A stretch of 64,000 nt of DNA, from NCBI GenBank assembly GCA_964016885.1, contig CAXHJY010000551.1, forward strand, positions 62,001 through 126,000, read 5' to 3'. A model generated the notes under the pieces. The model ran no database searches. It saw only the letters and a list, made by a program, of their open reading frames with translations, and was not told the origin of the DNA. A program made the translations under genes and the position numbers. Shown here one piece after another: positions 25,910-40,011 of the stretch. Each line of letters begins with the position of its first letter. The stretch's first letter is position 1. This DNA comes from Eledone cirrhosa. Taxonomy: Eukaryota.

Positions 25910-26971
25910 ACATATATATATAAATATATATATATATATACGCGCACTTAATTTTACAGACGCCCAACTATCATTAATTGCCCTCAACGAGGTCACCTGA
26001 ACGTACTCATGGACATATATAGACCGAAGAACCAGATTCAAAGGTGGTTGATGTGGGTGGGTGTGAATCACCTGGCGAAATCCACATACTCTATTAAGAT
26101 TACACGTCACAATTTACAATTGCAGGAGAGCAGGGAGTTGTCTGTCGGCCTCAGACCGACGACTACATCTCATTTGTGATTACAAAGAGTGTTTAAGCAT
26201 TCGCGAGCCTTAGTATGGTAGTTCTATCAGCTAGAAATGTTAGCCAACTCTTCCTCAAATTCCACCACATCGTCATAAAACGAAATAGTGACTAAACACA
26301 AAATAGTATTTTACATAGTCCTAATATGGGAATTCGTAACCAGAATACGTTTCAAAATAGGGGCACAGGTTCAAGTTTAGACTGGAACTAAATAACACCA
26401 GCAACAAGCATTCAAATGAGAATACGAAGGAACCCTTACGTTGTTGTATCATTTGCTAGAAATAAGTCAGATCTCCAGGAAATCACATCATGTAGTCTAA
26501 AGAAATTACACATTGGATAACGTATTATAGACTAAGACTGAAAAGAAAAGGTGAAATGCTTAGGCTTTGATGTAACTGACATCAAACAAAAATAAGCATT
26601 CAAGAACAGATTAGACAAGGCAAGAAAATCCAGTCCAATCAAACCTTCACACCACACTATGTTGGGTATTTTGGATCTAATTCTAGACATGCCGCAAAAC
26701 ATTGATGTAGACTACAGAGGTTTCACTTGACTCACTACAAATAGCTGGCAAATCTCCATCAAGTCGCACCATATTATATTAGATATGGAAAGAACACATA
26801 TTATATTAGATATGGAAAAAACCCTAAAATGACAAGAGGGTCACACTTGGAATGATTTTGTTCTTAGGAAGCTCAACCCAGCTCATAATGGGCCACACAA
26901 CATCTGCAACAATGTCAACCACAGCATACAGAAGTGTGCAATGTGGTTCTCAAATAGACTGCGGTATATAT

Positions 26972-27002
<31 letters not shown>

Positions 27003-27008
<6 letters not shown>

Positions 27009-27410
27009 CAAATGTTAAACAAGGTTCATTGATTATTCAATGAATACAGTTTTACAATAGATTAAAAGCACTCAACAATGAAGTTTTCTGGAGTTATTAA
27101 TATTATTCAAAATATTAATAAATGGATAAATTCACATAATCAAAATATATGTTTTATTATATATATTTCGGAGGTACTGTGCTGCTTTTTCAGTACGTCC
27201 TCATCAGATAAAATACATAAATTGATGTATGACATACCTCAACTGTGCTGATGGTTCAATTCCAGTCTTGGCAGTTATTTATTACAACAAAACTCAATAT
27301 TTATATACCACATATATAAATATTGGATTTTGTTGTAATAAATCACTGCCAAGACTGGAATTGAACCATCAGCACAGTTGAGGTATGTCATACATCAATT
27401 TATATATTAT
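27003..27410. mobile_element. Family G fold-back element with a hammerhead motif on - strand (27152-27213)
   Basis: Palindrome centred near 27310. Minus strand: ttttat-CTGATGA-ggacgtactg...cagtacctcc-GAAA-tatata-TA-ataaaa. Confidence 0.88.
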
Positions 27411-27615
27411 ATATATATGCAGTAATAGATCTTTTGACTTACTAAGCAATTCCACGTCGTTCTCCACCCTAGCACACTCTTTAAGAAGTAAATGAGAATT
27501 TATTTCTATTCTATACGCCAAAACAGAATGTAAAGAGCTCCAATTAAATGCCGTCAAGCAATTTTCCCGACGCTCTAACGATTGGATCAATCAACCACCC
27601 TTCTAACGATAGATA

Positions 27616-27760
27616 TAGAGTGGCACATAAAAAAGTAGCTCGGGTTTCGTAGCATATTGTAAATACAAACGGAAGCCCGGCTGCTTTTTTCGTGTGTTAA
27701 TTTATTTCTGTATTTACACTATGCTACGGAACCGGAGCTACTTCTCCAAGCGCCACTCTG
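27616..27760. mobile_element. Tc1/mariner-type MITE
   Basis: ~50-bp imperfect TIRs (tagagtggcac...gtagctcgggtttcgtagcatattgtaaataca / tgtatttacactatgctacggaaccggagctac...gcgccactctg) with TA on both sides. Confidence 0.75.
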
Positions 27761-28028
27761 TATAATATATAATAGTGGATATTTAATGTCTTATACAGAA
27801 ACAGTGAAGTTTGGCGGCTGTAGCTTGAAAACGTCCGTCTCCTCCATACTCTTATTTAGAGCGCGGTAGGGGTTGGGACATATGGATGATGTCTGAGTTA
27901 GGGATTATAGGGGATGTCTTATCTCTAAATATAGACATTCAGTTCATGATTGGCTCAGTTTTTATGAATGTAATCTTTACGAGTTTTGAATCAGACGATT
28001 TTGTTCATTAGATGCTTTGTTTTCTGAG

Positions 28029-28182
28029 TGCCAGTATCAGTAGAGGGTTGGACGCCATGCTTTCCAGCATAGTTACGTCCCTTTAATTTCTGAGTTCAAA
28101 TAACCGCCAAGGGGTCGATAAAATAAAGTACCAGTAATGTACTGGTAATTAGTGGCCTTGTGCCAAAAGTAGAAACAATTAT
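28029..28182 (+). mobile_element. SINE, main family (internal deletion)
   Basis: gtagagggttggacgccatgc...gagttcaaat...ggggtcgataaaataaagtaccag. Confidence 0.8.
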
Positions 28183-28918
28183 TTACGTAAAGGGGATTCG
28201 ATGGTTGCTTGCGTTAGTTCTATATATATATGTATATAGTGTATATATATATATATGTGTAGTATAAGTGTATATATATTTAGCGTAGTTATCAATGGTG
28301 AATAGACTGGTTGGAGGAATAACGGTCTTGTTTACTTATAACTACATATATATGTTTGTGTGTATCTTGTGTATGTGTGTGTGGTTGTGTTCGTATGTGT
28401 GGGTGTGTATATGTTAATATATGTAATGAAGATAACTGAGAGTGTACAATGAAATGTGCTACCAATTAAATGAGAGGAAATTAGGTTTTGTTGCTTCTAT
28501 GTATATTGATGTTATATCATAATTGGACTTATTATTTTAGATGTGCATTTAGTTGGTATCTATAAGATTTCATAGAAGAGTTCAGTAGATTTAGTTGTAG
28601 GATGATTGATGTATGACATTTCGGGATCTTGCTCTTCATCAGATGGTTAGGAAGATAAAGAATCTGATTACATTGCCGACTTGACGGCAAGCTAATAAGA
28701 AAAGTATTGTCGGCATGCCGCAGAAGAAGCGACATAAATTTCTCTTTTTTGTCACTCACTGATACAGAACAAAATTTCGAAACATTAAATTGTTTACTAT
28801 TTATCTCACACACATTGAAATAAGACTATTCCTACTATATATGGCGTGAAACTTCTATATATCGTATTTGAGCCTCATCGTTTGTTGTGCTTTTTTCTTA
28901 TACTTTTCACACTCTCAA

Positions 28919-28952
<34 letters not shown>

Positions 28953-29090
28953 TTATATATCATATATATATATATATTGTCATACAGTCTCTGTTTTGTA
29001 CTCCTGAAGAAGGAGTTAAGCCCAACACGTGGAACTTTCTTTCCTCTTATCAATATAAAGCGTGCTCTGTTTCTTGACTCCTTGAACTAC

Positions 29091-29160
<70 letters not shown>

Positions 29161-29302
29161 AACTTATCCGGGGAAGCTTAACAAAGATATCCCTCTTTAA
29201 GTGGAGCAATCTCTCTTATCGACTATATTGAAAATTGTGTATATCACTCCCTACTACCATTGCTTAGGTGGTTTTCCAGAGATCCACGCCACACGTACAC
29301 GG

Positions 29303-29622
<320 letters not shown>

Positions 29623-29919
29623 GGATGTTTTCTTGCACATCGTAATTGCCACTAACATCTCCAGCATAGGCGATACTATCGTCACACACAAACATAACCA
29701 GAACATGAACAATAGACTAACACACTAAAATAAACACACACGCACATTCTGTATTCCCCTTGCTCCCCCCTCAAACTCTCTGTCTCTCTCTCTCTCCCTC
29801 TCTCTTGTCATATAGTCAATATTTAGTAGACAGCCAAAATAATCCGTTATTGTTGATGGGTGAAAAGGAAGCAATAGGAAAATATACACAAAGGTAGCTC
29901 GTTATCCACTAGAGTATTT

Positions 29920-29988
<69 letters not shown>

Positions 29989-30279
29989 GCAGCGAGTAGA
30001 CACAGAGGTTTAAGGATGGTGGAGGTGATATTAATGATTGGAGTAAATAAAGGACAAACAAATTATAAGACCACCTTCAAATACGACCCCCAAGGATAGC
30101 ATTATGTTTATATATGTTTAGGGGGTTGGATATGATTGGGCACCTCTTAAGCTTAAATAATCGCAGCCGAATTATAATTATTACGTACTTTTTCCTCCTT
30201 ATCCTCTATAACCGACACACACTCAGTAGTCACCACATGCGTATATATATATATATATATATATGTACATACTTAATAC

Positions 30280-30366
<87 letters not shown>

Positions 30367-30454
30367 ATATGTGTGTGTATGTATATATATATATATATAT
30401 ATATATTTCGCTATATGTCTCTCCACCACTCCCCTACACACCTTTTGAACTCTT

Positions 30455-30486
30455 ACCCGAAGAAGGGCTTATGCCCGAAACGTCGT
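30455..30486 (+). ncRNA. Minimal hammerhead-like motif in a TA-flanked insert (30406-30575)
   Basis: ac-CCGAAGA-a-gggc ttat gccc-GAAA-cg-TC-gt, followed by AATAAA. A more decayed relative lies at ~29000-29030. Confidence 0.55.
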
Positions 30487-30571
30487 CCTCCACCTACCCC
30501 ACACTCTCCTGAGCGTGAAGCTAATAAACATTTGTCGTACTGCCTCTCTGTTCTGTCCCTGTTCAATTTTT

Positions 30572-30664
<93 letters not shown>

Positions 30665-31120
30665 TGTGAGTGTGTGTGTGTGTGTATCAAATAATCGCCT
30701 CAATTCACTCTCTTAGAAAAAGGGAAAATACACATAAGAAACTGTTGTCGTATGTTTCCTGTCCATTGGAAAAAGATGAGATGGTCACGGCTGAAATGCT
30801 TTTGAAGCTAGATATGCTCTACAAGAAGTGACATGGGGTTAAAGAACAACGACAACAACAACATCAAACAATTATCACCCACCGTACCTAATCACTAATA
30901 GGTATCTAGGCCCATCAACATCTAGCAACAACCGCACAACATTATCAACTAACCACTATAGCTAGTCTCATCACCTTATCTCTACCCTCTATATGTTATA
31001 ATGCTGTCTCAAGGGTAATTACCCTCACCACGCTCTAGCCAGGTAACACCACTCTTAATCTTATTTCTTTTTGCCCAGTACATTTTTTTGTTCAATCTTT
31101 CCGGCATATTCAAGAGAATT

Positions 31121-31151
<31 letters not shown>

Positions 31152-31237
31152 CAGTATATAGAGAAAGAGCCCGGAATTGATGCCTTGAGCTTATTAAATT
31201 ATAGGGGATGGGCGTGAGTTTTTAACTCCGTTTTTTA

Positions 31238-31271
<34 letters not shown>

Positions 31272-31290
31272 TATATATATATATATATAT

Positions 31291-31320
<30 letters not shown>

Positions 31321-31321
<1 letters not shown>

Positions 31322-31788
31322 TACGCAGAAGGGATATCCAATTTGTTGGTTATTCAACAAATATAAATGTTTATAACTGATTCAGAGCACTCGACAAGTT
31401 TTCTAGAGTATAATGTTCAATGATATTTAATAAATGGAAACTATATTTGTAAAACCATATTTATTCTATTATATATATTTCAAAGGTACCAACACTTTGG
31501 TACGCTTTCATCAGATAAAATACAAAGTTTGTTTTATAAATGTTGACCATAACCAAGAAAAGATACCTTGGTTCATACTCATCTTAATAATTTGAAATAT
31601 CTTACTTTTCTGCTCTTTACACTTCACTATCCAAGAAAAATTTGAACCGTTAAGGTATCTTTTTTAGGTATCTTCAAACTTTGTATTTTATCTGATGAAA
31701 GCGTACCAAAGTTTTGATACCCTTGAAATATATATAATAGAATAAATATTGTTTATAAATATAGTTTCCATTTATTAAATATCATTGT
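31321..31788. mobile_element. Family G-related fold-back element; hammerhead motifs at 31686-31742 (+) and ~31463-31520 (-)
   Basis: Arms ~31418-31531 / ~31676-31788. ttttat-CTGATGA-aagcgtacca...tg(g/a)tacc(t/c)tt-GAAA-tatata-TA-atagaa. Confidence 0.88.
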
Positions 31789-32873
31789 ATATATATATAA
31801 ACACACAAATTTATATCTAGCTGAGAGACATCCAGTAATATGTGCATGCATATAGAAGGACAAGCAATACATTTACTCACCCATAGAAAGAATGAAGTAA
31901 AAATTGTCTAAATTTCACTTATACGGATAAATTCCAGAATATGATGCCTATAATCGATTAAATGTTTGGGCTCGGTTACCAATCATCGATCTTAGTAACA
32001 AGTATCATCACGACCAGATAACATCATTCATCAGTAACTGCTTAAATCTTCCTATATATAAGTTCATATAACAATTAGATATATATATATAAACGTAATA
32101 AGTGAACTTTAGACAATTTTGGCTACAAATTGAGTAAGACTTGCTGAAAGACATATTATTCTAGGATTGGGATGCAAAGAAATTTGAACTCTAACTATAA
32201 TAGGAACGAACTTCCCAAGACTTCACTTTTCATACATAATATTTTGCAGTGCGTGCCTCCAAATACCATGTATTTTTATGCCGTTCTTGTTTAGTCCAGG
32301 TCAAAACTGACCGAGCAGACTGATCACATTCATTCCAGTGCTGGACATCTCATCATTTGGAAAAGTGTACTACATTGACCAATACGAATTTTGTTTTTAA
32401 AGAAAATTCAATTTAATTATAATTAGTTATGATACTTAGATGAAATTTGATATTTTTCGTGGGGTTTAACGTATAGAAATAGAACTAAATACTATGCATA
32501 ATTTCTGCTGTTAGGTGCGCTACCGATTCTGCCAGCTAGACCTCTAACAATTATTTATAACATAGGCATAAGTCCACACATTTAGAGGAGCGAGGCATCG
32601 ATAACTCACACACCCATACATAAGTATGTGTGCCTGTTGTGTGTAAATGTTTATTTCTATATATATGTGTTATTCAAGGCATGAATGTATTGCGTGTTTG
32701 TGAGTAATTTTGTACTACGAAGACATGTTATACGGAACAAATTACGCTAAATCATCACTCAGTCCGTCATGTTTTGATTTTTTAACAAAAGGTTTTATTG
32801 ATAAAAATGTCATCGGACGACTGCCTTACGTTTAGAGCGAGACAACCTGATCATTGGACACTTGTATGCATAC

Positions 32874-32928
<55 letters not shown>

Positions 32929-33015
32929 TCATACATAGATACCTGTGTGTATGTATGTATGTGTGAATATATACCTACATACATAATATACACACACATA
33001 TATACATATATATAT

Positions 33016-33116
<101 letters not shown>

Positions 33117-34059
33117 CATGTAACCTTGCTTAGAGTTTTAGATACATTCCTAACAATGCCATGCTAAAGGAAACAATACAATACCGGGGCACTATTATGT
33201 AGCATTTGATAAGGACACAAATCAAGATGTTAGACAACGCCAAAAGATTAAAAATCCAGTAACTCGCTGTCGCACCCTCCAAGCACCAAGTAATACAAAA
33301 TAACCTTACACAATGAAATGTCACACGCTGTACGCTAGATGTATGATAAATATATGGATCAGGTTTATATAATTAAGACCTAATAGTATAAGGAAATTGT
33401 GAACAAGGTTAAATTAATCAAATTTAATAGTAAGCACTCTAGCCTAATCTCGATTAATTTAGCTGAATTGCCGCAGTGAGAAATAGTGTAGAACAGATTG
33501 CACCTTAGAAACTGAACCAGTCTATTCGTCTTCATTACATATTTATTGCTTTGCGAACAATATATCTACTGCTGTATGCGCATTCTTGGTTGTGACTTCG
33601 AAGTTATATGTATTGAATGGTCATTGAGTTAATGTTTGACACTATATAGCAGTCATGAGCACCCTGCCGTCCGCGAAGATTTCTGAATGGCTCGGCTAAG
33701 TCACCTAAGTGAAATCTTTCTGATTGTTTTACCCCAATTTATCTTTTTATCATTTTTACGATCGAGGAAAACAACGTGTACGAATTCTGAAGAAACAAAT
33801 CAAAACAACCTGAGTTACCACCCTTTTTTTATTGTGGACACGAAAGTAAATTAGCACCTGCGGCCCGCCTGATGATGACACATATCTCATGCGGCCCGCT
33901 TCTGGAAAAAGGTTGCCCATGCCTGCCATATAGATGTTGTATAGGTGGGAGCAGTGGCAGCTCGTTAGTCTCCAAAGCCATTTAAAATGTTGTAAATGCG
34001 ACCTTCCCTGATGTGGAATTCGTGGCCTTCCAATACCTAGTTGCACACCCCGCAGTTAG

Positions 34060-34745
34060 ATCGGTTGTATCTTTTCCCTTCAGGCTCTTTAATTTGTAGC
34101 TTTGCCTTTGATATTATCTTTTTTAATGAATTAGGTTATTGGTTACTTTATATAGTTGGGTAGTTTTGTAACATGTTTTTCATTATTTTGTCTTTTAGTA
34201 TAAAGAGAGATAGGTTTAGCTGTATGAGTGTCTAGATTTTGGTTAAAAGTTGAAATATATAGTATGGATATTTATTCATCTTGTTTATTTAAATTCTAAA
34301 ATTCCGAGGATATTTTATCTTGGTGTCTATTTTTTCATCTCTTCTAGTTTGTGGTCTCCTGTTGCTTTTTAGACTATTGTGCAGATTCAATTAGCTAAAT
34401 TGTGTGTTGGATGATAATGTAAAAAGGATATATTGTCGGGAGTCTGTGGGTTTGAAGTATATGACAGTCTCTATCATCTTGTTTTGTTTTGATATTAGTA
34501 TGTCTTGGAAATGAGGTTTTTCGTTCCATAGTGAAATGGATGTTGGAGTTCATAATATTGATGAGAGCTTTTAATTTCTATAGATCATCAGGATTTTCAT
34601 TCCACAGAGTAAAGCAGACATCCAGGAATCTTTTCCAGTTTTGTTTTTATTATAACAAATGAATTAGCTCTCATTAACTTGAAAGGTTGTTTGTAGATTT
34701 GTAATTCATGGAGTCCCATCACTAACTTCACATATGTTGGTGTAA
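34060..34745 (-). pseudogene. Decayed Penelope-like element (PLE) reverse transcriptase fragment
   Basis: Manual minus-strand translation gives, in order, PTYVKLVMGLHELQIY, WKRFLDVCFTLW, NIHFTME, FQDILI, IYFKPTDSRQY and NLA..ICTIV. These match PLE RT motifs (APTYA.L.MG, W.RF.DD.F..W, I.FTME, PFLDI.I, Y.KPTD...YL, .ARRICTI). Not in the ORF track because of stops and frameshifts. Confidence 0.8.
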
Positions 34746-34767
34746 CTTACATATATATATATACACA

Positions 34768-35595
34768 TTTTAGTACAGCTTCAACGAAGCTTTAGGTTGC
34801 AGCCAAGCTAACGAATGCAGTTTCGGTGTGCAACTAAGCACTCAATGGAGAATATTACCCCAGAGTTATAACATTACGTTTAGACAGCTTTGCAAATCAA
34901 ATACAGCGACCGATAGACGGGCCGCTTAGACCATAGCGACGAAAAAAACTGAACTCAGGAAAAATGTTTGACTGACCTGGATCGTCGCGTAGACATTACA
35001 TGTAACACATAATGTGTACCATACAATACACATCACATGCAACATACAACATTTCCGCTAGGTTTCTGTAAATCCGAAATCGACAAATTCCACTTGCAGG
35101 GGTCTGTAATTTAATGGCTTTTGATGACAGAACAAAGGAATTACTTCGTCAACAAGTTTTTCGTTCTGTTCCCCAACGGGTGTGTGTTCTAGCAGTAGAC
35201 GGCGCAGAGGCACATGGTTCTCCCAAAGGGAGGTAACCCCCATTTTGGCGGTCAATTTGAAATTTGGAACAAAGGAATAGAATTCCCTTACACAAACCGA
35301 ATTAAGCACTCAACTAGAAGTTATCAAACAAACGTAAACAATTAATCAATCAATAGAATTGTCTAATTAAATTAATCAATTAATAGTTAATTCTAGGAGT
35401 TAATACAAATTTTAGTACAGCATCAACGAAGCTTTAGGTTGCAGCCAAGCTAACGAATGCAGTTTCGGTGTGCAGTTAAGCACTCAATGGAGAATTTTAC
35501 CCCATAGTTATAACATTACGTTTAGACAGCTTTGCAAATCAAATACACCGACCGATAGGCTGGCCGCTTAGACCATAGCGACGAAAAAAACTGAA

Positions 35596-35599
<4 letters not shown>
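34768..35599 (-). mobile_element. Element with ~190-bp terminal direct repeats in (TA)n
   Basis: ~34768-34958 and ~35410-35599 are highly similar direct repeats around a ~450-bp unique core. Confidence 0.8.
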
Positions 35600-35629
<30 letters not shown>

Positions 35630-35632
<3 letters not shown>

Positions 35633-35820
35633 CGAAGGAAATGTGGTAAGGAACCAGGTGGACCATAACGCACCAAAGTACTCAATACTTAGGGTAGTAG
35701 AGTGGGTAATAGGAACAAGTAAGACCCCGACGGCTGAGCTCAAGCCGTTTCGACGGCTAATTCTGGACTGAATTAGCCGTCGAGACGGCTTGAGCTCAGC
35801 CGTCGGGGTCTTACTTGTTC
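35630..35820. mobile_element. Family F element
   Basis: Tail plus hairpin centred near 35766; TA flanks. Confidence 0.85.
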
Positions 35821-35840
35821 ACACATATATATATATATAT

Positions 35841-36007
35841 AGTGGTAGAACACTAGAAGGTAATATCCGTAGTGGTAGAACACTCAGTCCATGGCACGAG
35901 TTAGGTAGAAGTGGTTACACAACAGTTAGTTCACCATCCTCAGCCGAGCATCCACTAAGGTGAAAGAATTGTTCTCGGTATGGTGAACTATCTGTTGTGT
36001 AACCACT

Positions 36008-36008
<1 letters not shown>
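35841..36008. mobile_element. Family K short fold-back insert in (TA)n
   Basis: Arms aagtggttacacaacagttagttcaccat (~35909-35937) / reverse complement (~35980-36008) plus a ~68 nt tail. Confidence 0.7.
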
Positions 36009-36605
<597 letters not shown>

Positions 36606-36610
36606 AATAT

Positions 36611-36934
36611 ATGGTGGCTGCCAACTCGTTTTCGAGTATGGCCACTACTTTATATCCATGTAGGAGAACCCCTACCGATGCGCTGAATGAGTGTGACTTT
36701 TTAGTCCAGCCAGCGACTTGAAAACTCTGGTACAAACACTACACTTGTGACAATTATTGACACATAGTGCTGGTCCCATGGTACCATGTGACGACAGGTG
36801 CAGAGAGATCTCCAGATATAAAGCAATGCCTGTGCTGTGAAGCTTTTATAGTGAGCAAAGGCACTGCACAAAGCCAGTCCCACTCTCTTAACCAAGATGA
36901 TATTTACCAAAAAGAAGAACAAGTCAACATCATT
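36611..36934. mobile_element. ~325-bp dispersed repeat embedded in (CATA)n/(TA)n, copy 1
   Basis: Highly similar, with the same boundaries, to 51957-52279. Confidence 0.85.
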
Positions 36935-36952
36935 AAATATATATATACATAC

Positions 36953-36992
<40 letters not shown>

Positions 36993-36996
<4 letters not shown>

Positions 36997-37214
36997 ATAA
37001 TAATAAATTTGTAGACTAAAATCCAAAGAGGGCTCGATAAGGATAAATATATATCAAATATATAAGAACCGTAGAGCAAATATTTATTAAAATAACAGAT
37101 TAAAGTTTAAGAAAAGAATCGCTGCTTTCACCCTTAACGGGATCTTCTGAAGATCCCGTTAAGGGTGAAAGCAGCGATTCTTTGCTTAAACTTTAATCTG
37201 TTATTTTAAGAAAT
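36993..37214. mobile_element. Family A short fold-back element
   Basis: Same tail as 19021. Palindrome centred on 37148 (gatcttc t gaagatc). Confidence 0.9.
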
Positions 37215-37228
37215 ATATATATATATAT

Positions 37229-37408
37229 ACGATATTAAACAAATGGAAACTATATTTATAAAACCATATTTGAAATAAATATGGTTTTATAAATATAGTT
37301 TCCATTTGTTTAATATCGTTTATCTACTCCAAAAACTTGTCGAGTGCTTTATATCAGTTATAAAATATTTACTTGTTGTAACCCAACAATTTTAAATAAA
37401 ACTTTTGC
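37229..37408. mobile_element. Very short family G-related fold-back element (truncated downstream of the ribozyme)
   Basis: Arms ~37230-37270 / ~37276-37318 and a tail homologous to 31340-31415. Confidence 0.8.
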
Positions 37409-37666
37409 ATATATATATATATATATATATATTGGGAAATTTTGAAATCCAAACACATAGTCGCTACTGTAATGATAGCGTTAAAAACTCGAGTAAGATA
37501 CTCTTAGAGATAGAAAAAATGTGGCTGCTCTATTATTCTTCAGATTCTCCGACTGTTATTACTGTAGATACAGTTTGTTTGGCTTTCAACCACTGAAACT
37601 TTCAAATCATCCAACTGTTGCGATATAACAATATCGATTTCAACACACGATTTCACATGCATAAAC

Positions 37667-37711
<45 letters not shown>

Positions 37712-37860
37712 TATGTATGTATATATGTATATATATATGTATATGTTATGTGTGTATATGTATATATATATGAATGTATGTGTACGTATGTATGTATGAA
37801 TGGATGGATGTGTGCACATGTATGGGTCTATGAATATTTGTGTTTATATCTATATATATA

Positions 37861-37922
<62 letters not shown>

Positions 37923-38234
37923 AGAAAGAGAGAGAGATATTTAGATATAAACAGAAATATTCATAGATCCCCATACAAATACACACACATATATAGCCAT
38001 AAGTATATAAATATACTCAGATACTTAGAAAGGAGGAATAAGTGATGTATACAAACACAAACAGACAAATGGCTGCGGTCGTTCAAGGTGTATAGGAAAG
38101 CCGTTGATGCGTGGTCGGCTTTCCAGAGACCGGTAGGTAAGAGCTTGTCACGGCTGGCCAGCTTTCAAAGAACAAGAAAGTAGGATTACAACTACATCAA
38201 CAACCTCATAAACCACAACAAAACAACAACATAA

Positions 38235-38274
<40 letters not shown>

Positions 38275-39104
38275 TTTTTCTTATCAAAAGCAATGGGAAA
38301 TAAACCAGGCAACTTTCTAACAACAATATGGCCAGTTTAAGTTCAAGTGATCAACCACCCATCCACCCACACACTCAACTTCGAAGATAGTTGGATAGAT
38401 AGATGGATAGATATAGAGATGTATAGCCCAGAAGAGATATACAGATATATACCCCAGAAGTCAGAGAGATGAAGCATTGGATAATATGATAAATCAAATG
38501 TAATAAAGCTAGTGGAAAAGGAAAAAAGAGAAAAGCATGAACAGAAAAAGGTTAAAACAAATGGTGAACGTGACAAAAACGCAATAATTGTTTATATTTT
38601 TGGCACAAGACCAGCAATTATCCAGTGCATTACTAGTATTTTATTTTATCGACCCCGTAAGAATGAAAGGCAAAGTTAACCTCGGCGAGATTTGAACTCA
38701 GAACATGACAAAAAACACAATAATAACGAAACATTCCAATCTTCATGCGCATCCTCTAAGCTCAGGGTTTCTTCAATAGGTAAAGAGTAGGAAAACTATA
38801 GTTTCGAATCCTACCACGACAGTACGTCCAAATTACGAAGGTATGGTTCGGAAGAGACGAACAACAGGTAGAACAGAATACCAGGATTGGCTGAAAAACA
38901 CATAAGGTGACTCTGAAAAGGGATTATAGCGCTGTGAAATCTTGCATGAATTAATCTCAACTCCTCTTATTAATAACTGCGTTATTTTTTTTCTAGGTAC
39001 TTTGTTGAAAAATAAACCTCATTTAGTTATTCCTTGGGATATCTTTGTCAGCATATGTACTTTTCTGATTGGATGTCATACTGACAGAGAAACAAATAAT
39101 TATC

Positions 39105-39292
39105 ATTATTTATACTTTTGGTACAAGGCCAATTACCCAAGTGCATTACTGGTGCTTTATTTTATCGACCCCTTAAGGATGAAAGGGAAAGTTAACCTTG
39201 GCGGGATTTGAACTCAGACCACAAAGGGGCATAAATCTATACTGTAAAGCATAGCGTCCAACCCTCTACCGTTACTGCCAATCCACTGCCCT
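39105..39292 (-). mobile_element. SINE, main family
   Basis: Homologous to 16425-16650; another 3' piece at 38584-38705. Confidence 0.85.
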
Positions 39293-39536
39293 TTTAAATA
39301 ATAATAATGTTTACTTTATTGACCAGGAAGGGTTTACATAAAAATACATTAAAGACAGCACAGGGCGGTACAATGTGGGTTTCTGCATGTATAAATGTGT
39401 ATAAAACAAAGACAAAGTATGTAACAAAAAAAAACAAAAAAATAGAATCAAAAGAACTCAGAGCAACAACAACAGCAACAACAAGATGATGAGTATAACG
39501 ATAATGAAGATAATATGTGGCTGAGTGGAAGATAAT

Positions 39537-39650
39537 GCGTGGCTGAGTGGTGAGAGAATTGGATTCGCAATCGTGAGGTTGTGAGTTCGATTCTCGGACC
39601 GGGCGATGCGTTATGTCCTTGGGCAAGACACTTTATTTCACGTTGCTTCT
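39537..39650 (+). mobile_element. Second tRNA-derived SINE family (head region)
   Basis: gtggctgagtggt (A box)...gagttcgattc (B box)...gtccttgggcaagacactttattt. A related minus-strand piece lies at ~745-820. Confidence 0.75.
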
Positions 39651-40011
39651 TCTACCTGGAGTTGCGACCGATAGATAGTATTAGCAATTGGAAAGACCAA
39701 TGGAAACATTGTTTCCTCAGTCCGATTTGACGAAAGTCGATCGTCTGTCGTTGGTAACCAACATAATTTCTAAATTTGGCAGAAAGCTATCAGAAATCAT
39801 CAGACATTATCGGAGATCATCAACATGTATCCACCAAATATCAAATGTTAACCGAGGTCATTAAGTGAACTGACTCACCTTTAATATTTGTGTATATTTC
39901 TTGATAATTAAGTTTATATTGAGTGAAATTTTAGCTGATAAAAAGAGTGATGGAATATTGAGGACGTTACTAATTGGTTTTTATTAATGATTATTTAATT
40001 ATGATAGAGAG

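Noticed and set aside
39537-39610. Possible tRNA gene
   Set aside because: A and B boxes are present but the sequence continues into a SINE body and no clean cloverleaf forms.
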